Positions 6,832-16,282 are shown, numbered from the stretch's first letter. The stretch is DNA of 60,680 bases from Acidobacteriota bacterium (GCA_022571295.1 JACZYA010000001.1:1-60680); one strand, 5' to 3'. Notes: generated by a model from the sequence alone, not told the origin. Made by a program: numbers and translations.

Positions 6832-9288
6832 CTAGGCCGAGGCGGCGGGGAACTTCTGGTACAACTTCGGGTCAACGCACACTTCGTAATAGGAGTATTC
6901 GGTCACACCGACAATCTTCTGCGCGGGAAGCTGGAGACGGAGCACGGGCGCTTCGCGCACGATGAGTTTCTCGAAACCCTCCCCGATGGGTACGGTGCCG
7001 TAGTGGAGGGTGATCTTACGCCGCTCGCCCAGAATTTCCTCGGCGGCTTCCGCGCTGGTAAGGGAAATCTCCTGCTGCAACTTCTGGAACCCGGCCGCGC
7101 TTAACTCCACCCCCATCACGTTGAACCGAACCAAAAACTCTTCCTCCTCGTCGGCCCCCCCACTGGCGGGGTAACCTTGAAACAGAAATACGTTGAAAGG
7201 AGAACTGGCCTCGGCCAACAGCCGCCGGGCCCGGCGGGTACAACTGGAAAGACGGTCGGAGAGGTTCAGCGCCGGGGAGATCATGATGCGCGACTCCCCG
7301 TCCGTCCAATAATGGGGCGCGGCCTCGTGGTGGGCCACGCCCAAGCCCAGCTCCAGGATGGGCAAGTCATTGGCGCGCGCGCGCTGGTTGTAAGCCTGGC
7401 ACACTTGGATGACCTCTTTGGCCAACAGGCAGGCCTTGGCCACCGGCCGCTGCGACGCGCGGTTGGATTCGGTCTCGAAAATACCCATAATCAGGGCATC
7501 GCCTTCCAGGAAAATCTTGCTGGCGTCGTAGCGCGCCATCAGCTTGCGCACCGGCTCGAAGAAGTTGGAGCTGAAATGCGTCGCCGGGTTCAGGTTCCGC
7601 TGCAGCAGCTCCTCGGTGATGCGGGTGGACTCGCGGATGTCGGCCTTGATGATCACGTGCGACAGCACGCGCTCTTCGCCGGCTTCCCGCTCCTCTGGCA
7701 AGACGAACTCGTAGAGGGTGCCGTTCATGCGGGAAACCTGGCGAGTTCGCTCGTCGGAAAGAAGGTGAACTTTCTCCATCAAAGAGTTCATGACCCGCAG
7801 GTGCAGGAAGTCCCGGCGCAAGTTCATCAGGTCGCGCGCAAAGCGCACCAGGATGGCTTCCGCGTCGGTGCGCGGGATGCGCCGCAATCTCCGGGAAACC
7901 TCCTCCAGCTTTTCCACCGGGAAGTTGCGAGCCGGGAACTGGTCCATCAGCGTTTCCAGCTCCTCCCACCCCTTCCGGTCCACCACTGCGCGCTTGAGTT
8001 GCTGCGGGTTGAGCGGGGGGCAAAAGTTCTTGTACACCGACTTGATGTGATAGCTGCCCAAGATGTACTTCAGCACACCGGCGCGCTCCAATCGCTGGTA
8101 GAGCCGGCGCAGCAGCGCATCCTGCTGTGAGGTTCGCCGAACCGGCACCCCGGTGGCTGCCACACCCCCGAACAAGTGCTCGGCGTTGCCGGGATTGGCC
8201 AGCACTTCGCTCACGCGGCCTTCCCGTGCCTGCCGAAGAAACCCGAGCTTTTGCTCCAACTCCTCCACTTCGCGACTGAGCCGCTGTCGCTGGGGTTGAA
8301 CCGACTTGAGCTCGCGCTCCAGCGCCGGCCGGTTGCTCTCCCCCTCTGACCGCCCGCTCAACCAGCCCAGGGCCCGCCGGCCTTTGCTCTCCGGCTGAGC
8401 CAGTTCCCCCAACTCCCACTCCAGCTCGCGCAGGCGTTGATTAACCTCCTGCAATTGATCAGCACTCTTCTCCAGCTGCTCCTCCAAGCGAAGCAACTCA
8501 TCCTCGTCCGCTTCCGGCGGGGCTGGGCCCTGCTCGCGGAGCAATTCTGCCAGGAGATCCTGTACTCCTTCTTCATAATCCGTGTCGCGCGCATACTGGC
8601 CCAGCATGACGTAGTGTTCCAGGTTGACCACCGCATCGTTCGGATTTTCCAGAAACACCTGACGGTTGCGCACCACCCGGTAGAAGTCGAAGAACTCCGA
8701 CCCGAACAACGCTGCTCGCGCCGTCCGCAACCGGGTCTCTTCCAACTCCTCGAAAATCTGGTACAGCGACTCGCCTACCTCTCGCAGAATGGCCCGCTTA
8801 CTGGATTGGTACTCGGTGATGCGCGACCGGAGCAAGAATGCGGTCATATTACTCTGAGAGTGCAGTGTGCTTTTCTTGTCCACCCGCTCCTTGCAGGCCA
8901 GCGCCAGTTCGCTGAACTGACGGAGCACCTCAGCCGACAGCCAGCGATAGAGAGCCAACCGTGCCAGCAGGTCGATCTCAATATTGTTGTTCTCTTTCGC
9001 CTGGGTCAGGGTTTCCTGCAGAAGCTTAGCCAGCAAGAGCTTGAACTGGCTCTGGCTGGCACTACGGGCGCGGGCGTCGCTGCGGTACAGATCGCCCAGA
9101 TGCGGCTGCGCATGGTGCAAGATCTGCTCAAACAGGAATTGGCTCGCTTGCTCGCGCCAGCGTGGACTGAGAAACACGTCATGCCGGATGTTGTCCACCC
9201 CCACCACCAGGCGGGTGAGCACCAGCGCAGGAGAGTACGCTTGCAGAGTTCCGCTAGCCGCTGAAGCTGTTCGGTTTGGAGTCGCCAT
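6832..9288 (-). CDS. Large helical/coiled-coil protein with a C-terminal divergent class III nucleotidyl cyclase homology domain
   Basis: ATG at 9288 (MATPNRT); the ORF-track start at 9513 is probably an extension. Central heptad-like region: EEQLEKSADQLQEVNQRLRELEWELGEL...REVEELEQKLGFLRQ. The C-terminal domain shows IIKADIRESTRITEEL, IFLEGDALIMGIF, LGLGVAHHEA and SPALNLSDRLSS. Confidence 0.7.
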   Translation of the reverse strand: MATPNRTASAASGTLQAYSPALVLTRLVVGVDNIRHDVFLSPRWREQASQFLFEQILHHAQPHLGDLYRSDARARSASQSQFKLLLAKLLQETLTQAKENNNIEIDLLARLALYRWLSAEVLRQFSELALACKERVDKKSTLHSQSNMTAFLLRSRITEYQSSKRAILREVGESLYQIFEELEETRLRTARAALFGSEFFDFYRVVRNRQVFLENPNDAVVNLEHYVMLGQYARDTDYEEGVQDLLAELLREQGPAPPEADEDELLRLEEQLEKSADQLQEVNQRLRELEWELGELAQPESKGRRALGWLSGRSEGESNRPALERELKSVQPQRQRLSREVEELEQKLGFLRQAREGRVSEVLANPGNAEHLFGGVAATGVPVRRTSQQDALLRRLYQRLERAGVLKYILGSYHIKSVYKNFCPPLNPQQLKRAVVDRKGWEELETLMDQFPARNFPVEKLEEVSRRLRRIPRTDAEAILVRFARDLMNLRRDFLHLRVMNSLMEKVHLLSDERTRQVSRMNGTLYEFVLPEEREAGEERVLSHVIIKADIRESTRITEELLQRNLNPATHFSSNFFEPVRKLMARYDASKIFLEGDALIMGIFETESNRASQRPVAKACLLAKEVIQVCQAYNQRARANDLPILELGLGVAHHEAAPHYWTDGESRIMISPALNLSDRLSSCTRRARRLLAEASSPFNVFLFQGYPASGGADEEEEFLVRFNVMGVELSAAGFQKLQQEISLTSAEAAEEILGERRKITLHYGTVPIGEGFEKLIVREAPVLRLQLPAQKIVGVTEYSYYEVCVDPKLYQKFPAASA

Positions 9289-9424
9289 GAATATGCATCG
9301 GCCGCCCTGCTGGCTACAGTATATAGCAGAATCGTCGCCCGCCCAACCACCGCCGGCGGCTCTCCCGCAGGTTCGCGCGCGACCGCCTTTGTGGTAGCCT
9401 AGCGACGAAGAGGGAGAAAATCGC

Positions 9425-9649
9425 GTGGGACGCTGCCTGCACCTGGACAAACACGGACGGCCGTGCACCCGCGAAGCCGAGCCCGACGCAGACCTGTGCG
9501 CGGTGCACGGCAACCCCCTGCCTGCCCGTCAGCCGCTGACCGCAGCAGTGGTGCGGAAAATCATCTTCCGCCTGGCAGCGGCGATTCTGCTTCTTACTTT
9601 TCTCGTGCAAGGCTACCTGTTTCTCAAAGCTGTGCTGGGCATGGGCTAG
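9425..9649 (+). CDS. Hypothetical 74-aa protein: N-terminal Cys/His cluster plus one C-terminal transmembrane helix
   Basis: GTG start behind GAGGGAG. The sequence has CLHLDKHGRPC...LCAVHG followed by IIFRLAAAILLLTFLVQGYLFL. It is divergent from the cyclase-domain gene. Confidence 0.4.
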   Translation: MGRCLHLDKHGRPCTREAEPDADLCAVHGNPLPARQPLTAAVVRKIIFRLAAAILLLTFLVQGYLFLKAVLGMG

Positions 9650-9779
9650 TGCCGTTCCAACTATTTGAGCGCATTCCCGTGAGCGTCGTACCAGCAAGCT
9701 GATACGGGGTGAGCCACAGGGCGGGCCTATGCCCTAAGAATCATCTGAACAGGTTCAATAAGTTGGAACAGCACTAGCC
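9644..9779. repeat. 136-bp element bounded by 19-nt inverted repeats (one mismatch) filling a convergent intergenic gap
   Basis: The left arm GGCTAGTGCCGTTCCAACT (9644-9662) is the reverse complement of AGTTGGAACAGCACTAGCC (9761-9779), apart from one mismatch. Both flanking stop codons (TAG at 9647-9649; CTA at 9774-9776) lie inside the arms. Confidence 0.6.
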
Positions 9780-10574
9780 GACAATATCCTCGCCCCCGTC
9801 CACTCCGATTACATTTCCCGTTATCCAATAGGTGTCCGGATGGGAGAGCACAACAATTGCCTTGGCCACGTCAGTGGTAGTGGTGAGGCGCTGGTGGGGG
9901 TTACGCTGCCGGGCGCCCTCGATCAATTTCTCATTGCCGGGAATCTTGCGCAGGGCAGGCGTGTCGGTGACGCCGGCGCGGATGGCGTTGGCGGTAATCC
10001 CGTGCGGCGCCAACTCCATCGCCAACTGGCGGATGTGGGATTCGAGCGAGGCTTTGGCGGCTGAGACCGCGCCGTAGCTGGGCAGCGCGCGGGTGCCGCC
10101 CGCGCTGGTCATGGCGTAGATGCGCCCCCCTTCACGCATCAACTTGCGCTGCACCAGCCCCTGAACCCAATACACCAGGCTGTGGCCCATTACGTCCAGA
10201 GTCATGTCCATTTGCGCCCGTCCCATCCCATCCTTTTCGCTTTCTGCCACCAAGGACTTGAGCGTGCCGAACGCCAGCGAGTGGAGCAGCACCCGCACCA
10301 CCCCGCCTGATTCCTTCAGCTTACTCTCGATCTGCTCCAGCACTTCCCGGCGCTTGTCCGGGTCGGCGGCGTTGGTATTGAAAAACACGGCCTCGCGGCC
10401 CTGCGCCCGGAGGCGGCCCAGCACCTCCTCTACGTGCGGCATGGCGGCCTTGCGGTCGAGGTGCACGCCGAAGATGTTCATCCCCGCGCGCGCCAACTCA
10501 ATTGCGGTCGCTTCCCCGAAACCGCTTGAAGCTCCGAGGATGAGCGCCCATTCGCTGATGCCCGACTCCTTCAT
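9774..10574 (-). CDS. SDR-family oxidoreductase (atypical GASSGFG glycine motif)
   Basis: ATG at 10574 (MKESGISEWALILGASSGFGEATAIELA...). It contains YGAVSAAK (a YxxxK motif) and is 266 aa long. The longer ORF-track version overlaps the upstream lipoprotein gene. Confidence 0.8.
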   Translation of the reverse strand: MKESGISEWALILGASSGFGEATAIELARAGMNIFGVHLDRKAAMPHVEEVLGRLRAQGREAVFFNTNAADPDKRREVLEQIESKLKESGGVVRVLLHSLAFGTLKSLVAESEKDGMGRAQMDMTLDVMGHSLVYWVQGLVQRKLMREGGRIYAMTSAGGTRALPSYGAVSAAKASLESHIRQLAMELAPHGITANAIRAGVTDTPALRKIPGNEKLIEGARQRNPHQRLTTTTDVAKAIVVLSHPDTYWITGNVIGVDGGEDIVG

Positions 10575-11218
10575 TCCCTGCCCTCCTCGGCCGCTGCCGG
10601 GGTTGGTTGCAATTGCATCACGGCCTCCCGCAGCGATCCGCTCAGTTGATCCAAAACCTCTGCCACGCAACCATTCAAGGCTTCCACCAGCGCACCCACC
10701 GTCTTGCTGGCCACGCTTCGCTCCCGCTGCGCCCGCCCGGTCCACACCACCTGACCGTCCTCCTGCCGCACCAGCTCCAGCTCCAAGCCGAAGCGCGCGA
10801 TGATGTTGCTCGGGCCGTTGTCCACCTCTTCCAGGGCCAGCAGCCGCCCGCGCAGGACGTAGTCCAACCCCTTCTGCGCGCGATAGGGAACAATCGAAGA
10901 GAACAAGCGCGCACCCCGCAACTGCCGCAGCAGCAGCGACTGCACCATGAAGGTGGGTGACTCTGCCCAGCGGTGGTACTGGTAGTAGTTCAATTCGCTG
11001 CCGCCGGTGAAGTAGACAATCCGATCCTGCCGCAGCAGGTGTTCCGCCTCTGGAATCGCCACTCCCAAGCGAGCCTCCAGCACCGCGGAAGCGGGCGAGT
11101 GGGGTCCCTGGTACCGAACGGTGTAGTAATAGGTCGGGGGAACTTTGCCGCAGGCGGCCAAGCTCAAGCCCACCAACAAGCACGCGCCCACACGGATTAG
11201 AGATCGACTCTTGGTCAT
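10571..11218 (-). CDS. PqiC/YmbA-like (DUF330) ABC-transport auxiliary lipoprotein
   Basis: 215 aa. Signal peptide with lipobox LSLAAC. A 4-nt ATGA overlap couples it to the downstream SDR gene. Confidence 0.65.
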   Translation of the reverse strand: MTKSRSLIRVGACLLVGLSLAACGKVPPTYYYTVRYQGPHSPASAVLEARLGVAIPEAEHLLRQDRIVYFTGGSELNYYQYHRWAESPTFMVQSLLLRQLRGARLFSSIVPYRAQKGLDYVLRGRLLALEEVDNGPSNIIARFGLELELVRQEDGQVVWTGRAQRERSVASKTVGALVEALNGCVAEVLDQLSGSLREAVMQLQPTPAAAEEGRE

Positions 11219-11242
11219 TTTGTCATTTTGTCGTTGCGCTCA

Positions 11243-11671
11243 TCACTCACGTTCCACCCGTATGCCTCTCTGCTCGTCGCCCAGCGCCCGGAGGTGGATG
11301 CGCAGCGCCGGCTGCAGCGCCGGCAGGCGGAGCCGCTCCGCCCATTCCACCAGCACCACCGCTTGCTCGGCCAGCAGGTCGTCCAGGCCCAGCGTTTCCA
11401 GCTCGGCTGCCTGCTCAATCCGGTACAAATCCACGTGATAGACCCGGCGATGGTTGTGGTAGGCGTGGACGAAAACGAAGGACGGACTGGTTACCTCCGC
11501 TTCGTTCGCCACCCCCAGCCCGCTGACGATGCCCTTGACCAACGTGGTCTTGCCCGTGCCCAACTCACCGTAGAGCAAGACCAGCGCCGGCGCCTCCAAC
11601 TCAGCCGCCAATCGCCGGCCCAGGGCCAAGGTCTCCTCAGGGGAGGACGTAGTAACTTCCTGGATCGTCAC
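11243..11671 (-). CDS. tsaE: tRNA threonylcarbamoyladenosine biosynthesis ATPase TsaE
   Basis: P-loop YGELGTGKTTLVKG, SPSFVFVHAY and HVDLYR. The GTG at 11671 gives the usual 34 residues or so before the P-loop. The start is uncertain; the ORF track starts at 11695. Confidence 0.85.
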   Translation of the reverse strand: MTIQEVTTSSPEETLALGRRLAAELEAPALVLLYGELGTGKTTLVKGIVSGLGVANEAEVTSPSFVFVHAYHNHRRVYHVDLYRIEQAAELETLGLDDLLAEQAVVLVEWAERLRLPALQPALRIHLRALGDEQRGIRVERE

Positions 11672-13247
11672 CTTCAATCTTTTCCCGCAGCGCACGCCAA
11701 GCCGCGGGCAGTGATTCTATTACGTCCGAGGCCAGCACTGCTTGCTCGCCCTTCTCCGCCGTCGCCAAATCGCCCGCCCAGCCATGCAGAAACACGGCCA
11801 GGCAGAGCACGTCCGCCACCGGAGCGGAAGCAAACTCCGCCAGCGCCCCGGCCACCAGCCCGGTGAGCACGTCGCCCGCCCCGCCTTTGGCCAAGCCAAC
11901 CCCGCCGGTGGGATTCACGTACACCTGCCCCTCCGGCGTCGCCACCAGCGTCCGATAGCCCTTGAGGATAACAAAGGCCGCATACTCGCGGGCGAATCTT
12001 TGCGCCACTTCCACTCGCTGGCGCTGCACTTCAGCGCTGGTGGTGCCCAGCAGGCGAGCGAATTCCCCCGGATGGGGAGTGAGCACCAGAACCTTGCTGC
12101 GGCGCCCGCGCAGCGCGTCCAACTGGCCCACCAGCGCGTTGAGCGCGTCGGCGTCCAGCACCAGAGGCAGATCGAACTGCTCCAGCACCACCCGAACGAA
12201 TTTGATGGTCTCAGGATGCGTCCCCAGGCCCGGCCCCAACGCCAACACCGTCTTGCCTTCCGCCAGCTTGGCGAAGCGGCCGTAGTCGAGCGTGCGGTCG
12301 GAGATGGCCCCGCTCTCGGTCTCAACCAGCGACGCGGTCATAATCTCCGGTACGGGCGTGGCCACCATCGGCAACGCGCTGGCCGGCGTGGCGACCGTCA
12401 CCAGGCCGGCGCCCATCCGCAAGGCTGCTTTCCCTGCCAGCGCCGCTGCTCCGGACTTGCCGCGCGACCCCGCCACCAGCAGAGCATGACCAAAGCTTCC
12501 TTTGTGCGCTGTGGGGCTCCGGCGCAACCGCAAGCGCGCAAACTGCCGGGCGGTGATCAAGTTGAGGAACAGGTCGGGATCATCGGCGTACAATTCCGGT
12601 TGCGTCCCGATGGGCGCGACCGCCAGTGTTCCCACCTGCGTGCAGTTGGGCGGAAAGACGTGGCCGTGCTTGGGCGCCGTGAAGGTGAGGGTTGCGTCCG
12701 CGTGCACCGACTCCCCCGCAGGCTCGCCGCCATCGGAGGGCAACCCGGAAGGAATGTCCACGGCCAGGACGCGGTAGCGGCTGTGGTGGGCATTGATGTC
12801 AGAGATGACCTGAGCCAGAAAACCCCGCGCCGGCCCGGCCAAGCCGGTCCCGAGCAAACCATCTACCAGAACGGCGCAGTCCAGCAGCTCGGCCCGCTTG
12901 GCCTCCCACTGCTTCGCCTTCGCCAGAATCTCCACCGTCCCGCCCGTCTGCAGGTAGTCGTCGTAATTGGCGCGCGCATCGCCTTTGAGGTCGGCGGCAC
13001 CGGCCAGCAGGGCGACTTTGACCTTCTGGCCCCGCTGCAAAAGATACCGGGCAGCGACCAATCCGTCGCCACCGTTGTTGCCCTTGCCGCACAGCACCGT
13101 GATGCTGCCGGAGACGGGAAAATGGTCGAGCAAGAAGTCTGCCACTTGCCGGCCGGCATTCTCCATCAAGGTCAGGCTGGGAATACCGGAACGCTCGGAG
13201 GTGAGCCCATCGATGCGGCGCATCTGCTCTGCGGTAAGAATTTTCAT
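11637..13247 (-). CDS. nnr: Bifunctional NAD(P)H-hydrate repair enzyme (epimerase / ADP-dependent dehydratase)
   Basis: ATG at 13247 (MKILTAEQMRRID...). YjeF_N motif GKGNNGGDG. The C-terminal carbohydrate-kinase half shows HALLVAGSRGKSGAAALAG and GGAGDVLTG. Confidence 0.9.
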   Translation of the reverse strand: MKILTAEQMRRIDGLTSERSGIPSLTLMENAGRQVADFLLDHFPVSGSITVLCGKGNNGGDGLVAARYLLQRGQKVKVALLAGAADLKGDARANYDDYLQTGGTVEILAKAKQWEAKRAELLDCAVLVDGLLGTGLAGPARGFLAQVISDINAHHSRYRVLAVDIPSGLPSDGGEPAGESVHADATLTFTAPKHGHVFPPNCTQVGTLAVAPIGTQPELYADDPDLFLNLITARQFARLRLRRSPTAHKGSFGHALLVAGSRGKSGAAALAGKAALRMGAGLVTVATPASALPMVATPVPEIMTASLVETESGAISDRTLDYGRFAKLAEGKTVLALGPGLGTHPETIKFVRVVLEQFDLPLVLDADALNALVGQLDALRGRRSKVLVLTPHPGEFARLLGTTSAEVQRQRVEVAQRFAREYAAFVILKGYRTLVATPEGQVYVNPTGGVGLAKGGAGDVLTGLVAGALAEFASAPVADVLCLAVFLHGWAGDLATAEKGEQAVLASDVIESLPAAWRALREKIEGDDPGSYYVLP

Positions 13248-13276
13248 GGCAGGCAGGGTTGAGCGGCACAACCGCA

Positions 13277-14020
13277 TCAGAGCATCCAGCCCCCACTGAC
13301 CGTCAGCACTTGGCCGGTGGTGTAGCCGGCTTGGTCCGAAATAAAGAACTTGATGGCGGCCGCTACGTCTTCCGCCGTCGGCGGCCGGCCGACGGGAAAG
13401 CGCGCATCGCGGATGCGCCGCGCCTCCTCCAGGGTCAGCCCCTGGTCATCGACGTTGGAGGGGTTGACGACGTTGACGGTGATCCCGTGCCGGGCTTCTT
13501 CAATGGCCAGCGAGCGGCTGAAGGCCACCACGGCCGCCTTGGCGGCTGCATAGGCGGAGATCTTTGCCTGCCCGAAAGCGCGCTCGGCGCCGGCAGCGCC
13601 CAGATTGACAATCCGCCCCCAGCGCTGCTTGCGCATCACCGGAAGCACCTGCTTGCTCATGTAGAAAGCGCTGAAAAGATTCGAGGCCAGAATCCGCTCC
13701 CATTCGTCCAGGGTGGATTCGCTCACCGGCCGCCAGCCAAATTCCCCCACGTTGTTGATGAGAACGTCGATGCGGCCAAAATGCTTGACCGTGCCCTTGA
13801 CCAGCTTCTCCACCTGTGCCGGCACCGTCACGTCAGCCTGCTGCACGAGAACTTCGGCGCCCAGCGCCTGAATCTGGCGGGCGACTTTTTTGGCGGCCGT
13901 CTGCTTGGTGCGGTAGCAGAGCGCGATGCGCATGCCCTCCGCCGCCAGCGCCAGCGCAATCCCTTTCCCCAGGCCTCGAGACGCCCCGGTGACCAAAGCT
14001 ACACGATTGGCCAGTGGCAC
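13277..14020 (-). CDS. SDR-family oxidoreductase (3-oxoacyl-ACP reductase-like)
   Basis: VALVTGASRGLGKGIA, NNVG and YAAAKAA motifs. The GTG at 14020 lies 9 nt after GGAG; GTG at 14029 is an alternative start. Confidence 0.85.
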   Translation of the reverse strand: MPLANRVALVTGASRGLGKGIALALAAEGMRIALCYRTKQTAAKKVARQIQALGAEVLVQQADVTVPAQVEKLVKGTVKHFGRIDVLINNVGEFGWRPVSESTLDEWERILASNLFSAFYMSKQVLPVMRKQRWGRIVNLGAAGAERAFGQAKISAYAAAKAAVVAFSRSLAIEEARHGITVNVVNPSNVDDQGLTLEEARRIRDARFPVGRPPTAEDVAAAIKFFISDQAGYTTGQVLTVSGGWML

Positions 14021-14106
14021 CCGCCGCACTCCTGTTTCACTCGGTGAAGTTTGTGAATTGAACTCCTCACGATCGAATTCGCAGTATACACCAAAGTCAC
14101 CCGGCC

Positions 14107-16131
14107 TCAGCGAGCGCGGGCCACCAACATAGTGCGGTCGTCGCTCTGCTCGATGCCGGGCGACCACTCCTCTACTTCTGCCAGAACGTCTTTAATCAAA
14201 CTTTCCGGACTGGCCCCCTGGACCCGCCGCTGGATGAACTTCGTCAGCCGTCCGCTGCCGTATTCCTCCTCGTAAGAATTCTCCACTTCCGTCAGCCCGT
14301 CGGTGTAGGCCACCAGCCAGTCGCCCGGCCGCAGCACAACCGTAGCCTCATCGTAGTGCAGGTCGGAAAAGACACCCACCACCGGCCCGCCTTCGGTCAA
14401 CTCTTCGGTGCGCCCCGGGCCGACGACCAGAGGCGGGAGATGCCCGGCATTGGTGTAGGTGAGCTGCCGGGAGTTGTCATCGTAAAGCCCGACAAAAAGG
14501 GTGGAATACTTCTCCATACTGGTGGTGGCGCACAACTGGCGGTTGACCCGCGTGACCAGCTCGGCCATGTTGAGCTGGCCGAGCTGCCCCATCAGCTGGC
14601 TGGCGTACACCTGGCTGCGTAGAATGGCTTGAATGGTCGCCATCAACAGGGCGGCGGAGATGCCTTTGCCGCTGATGTCGCCGATTGCCAGGATAACCTT
14701 GCCCGGCTCGGTCAAGCCGTAGTCATAGTAGTCGCCGCTGACCGTGCGCGCCGCCAAGCAGAGGCCACGCAGCTCCAGCGTTTTGAGCTCGGGGAGCGAG
14801 CGCGGAAAAAGCTGCTCCTGCACCTGGCGGGCGATTTCCAACTCGTTTTCCAGCCGCTGCCGCTGCTTGGATTCTTCGATCAGCCGCTGGATGGAGCCCG
14901 CCATCTGATTGAAGGACTCGCCCAACGCTCCCAACTGGTCGTCCCGCCGGTGCGGAACGCGCACGGAAAAATCCCCCGCCTGCACCCGCTGGGTCGCCCC
15001 GTAGAGGTCATGGACAGCCAGAGTGATGCTGCGGGTCAGGCGAACTCCGGTGACCAGCGAGACGGCTTGCAGAATCAAAAATACCACCCCAATACCGAGC
15101 AACACCGTCAGCAGCGCTTGCCCCACCTCACCCAGCCGGGCAAAAAAGTATTGATTCAACAGGGAGGGACGAGAAGTGATGGAAAGCAGGACAGGGACTT
15201 CTTCCCGCTGCTGCCCTAGTGGATCCCACTGAACCACATCAAACTTGGACGGGCTGTTGAGCACCGGGTCAAATAAATAGCGCGGCGGAGGAAGGATACG
15301 ACTCGGGGGTTCAATCGGCGCCGCCAGAACGTACCTGCGGTCACCGATGCGAATTCCGCCCCCCAGGCTGGAAGTCTGGCTAACTTCCAGCAGCGGAACC
15401 AAGCTGAAGGATCCGATCTCCGTCCCCACCTGCGCCAACAAAGCCTGGTTGACCGGAACCGTGAGGCACAGGTGGGAACCGCTCCAACTGGGAATCGAGG
15501 CGGTGGAGTGCAAATACAAACGATTGTTGGAAGCGATCACGCCCCGGAAGCTGTCCGCCGCCCAGGGCGGGTGGGGCGTGCAAGCCACGGAATCGGACCC
15601 GCCGGGAACAACCAGGGGCTGGCGGCCTGTGGCCACAGTGATAACCAAACCGCCAAAGTCGGCCTGCAGGCCGGCGTGCTCGCGCTCAAGCAAACTTAGG
15701 AGTTCAGCCGTTCCTATGACGTCCGGCGGGGGGTAGCCATCAAGCTGCGCGCTCAGCCGCGAGGTGAACGCGCCCAACTGCTGGGCTTTCGACTCCAGGT
15801 CGCTGGCGATTAGGTAACCGGCCAGTTGGCCGTAGAGCATGTAGGCGGTCAGGCCGACCATGCCCAGGATGAGCAGGATGGGTATGACGGCGACGAAAAC
15901 ATAGACGGCCAGCAATCGGTTGCGGAGCCGCCACAGCAGCCGCCGTTGCAAAGAGCCCAGCAACCGCAGGCTGAGGTAGAAGCCAAAGAAAAGCAGCAGC
16001 AGCCCGAAGACGAACCGGAAGCCACCGGAGTTCAGCAGATGCGCGGCTCCATAGCCGGCCAGGCTGACCAGCATGGCCCAAGCTACCCGGCTGCGCGGGC
16101 GCCATCGCTCCCACTGCATCCACGCCTTCAT
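14107..16131 (-). CDS. Membrane sensor phosphatase: 2 TM + extracytoplasmic domain + HAMP + PP2C/SpoIIE domain
   Basis: ATG at 16131 (MKAWMQWERW). HAMP-like GDFSVRVPHRRDDQLGALGESFNQMAGSI. PP2C region: ARQVQEQLFP...SGDYYDY...DISGKGISAAL...AYTDGLTE. Confidence 0.85.
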   Translation of the reverse strand: MKAWMQWERWRPRSRVAWAMLVSLAGYGAAHLLNSGGFRFVFGLLLLFFGFYLSLRLLGSLQRRLLWRLRNRLLAVYVFVAVIPILLILGMVGLTAYMLYGQLAGYLIASDLESKAQQLGAFTSRLSAQLDGYPPPDVIGTAELLSLLEREHAGLQADFGGLVITVATGRQPLVVPGGSDSVACTPHPPWAADSFRGVIASNNRLYLHSTASIPSWSGSHLCLTVPVNQALLAQVGTEIGSFSLVPLLEVSQTSSLGGGIRIGDRRYVLAAPIEPPSRILPPPRYLFDPVLNSPSKFDVVQWDPLGQQREEVPVLLSITSRPSLLNQYFFARLGEVGQALLTVLLGIGVVFLILQAVSLVTGVRLTRSITLAVHDLYGATQRVQAGDFSVRVPHRRDDQLGALGESFNQMAGSIQRLIEESKQRQRLENELEIARQVQEQLFPRSLPELKTLELRGLCLAARTVSGDYYDYGLTEPGKVILAIGDISGKGISAALLMATIQAILRSQVYASQLMGQLGQLNMAELVTRVNRQLCATTSMEKYSTLFVGLYDDNSRQLTYTNAGHLPPLVVGPGRTEELTEGGPVVGVFSDLHYDEATVVLRPGDWLVAYTDGLTEVENSYEEEYGSGRLTKFIQRRVQGASPESLIKDVLAEVEEWSPGIEQSDDRTMLVARAR

Positions 16132-16282
16132 GCCCCAACCCTCATGGGTTGCAGTGTACGAGAATCCAGCCCGCAGAAAAAGGCAACAATGCGGAAAGAA
16201 GAAAAGCCCGCACCGTCCGGTCTGCAACGCACCGCCGGGCTGTCCCCGGAAACGTTATCTGCTGGCGGCCTTCGACTAAATT

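Noticed and set aside
9289-9513. N-terminal 75-codon extension of the cyclase-domain ORF (track start at 9513). The same issue applies to the 5' extensions at 10575-11183, 13248-13277, 16132-16227, 20830-20943, 25529-25621, 29721-29759, 30790-30867, 39291-39521 and 47143-47229.
   Set aside because: The extensions are Arg/Ser/Cys/Pro-rich, lack SD support, or overlap the neighbouring gene. Internal ATG or GTG starts with SD sequences or signal peptides give family-typical N-termini.
6832-9649. Pycsar/CBASS-like cyclic-nucleotide defence pair (cyclase plus small TM effector)
   Set aside because: The 74-aa TM protein has no cNMP-binding, TIR, patatin or other effector domain and is divergently transcribed. 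The cyclase protein is far larger than known defence cyclases and sits among housekeeping genes. There is no positive evidence.
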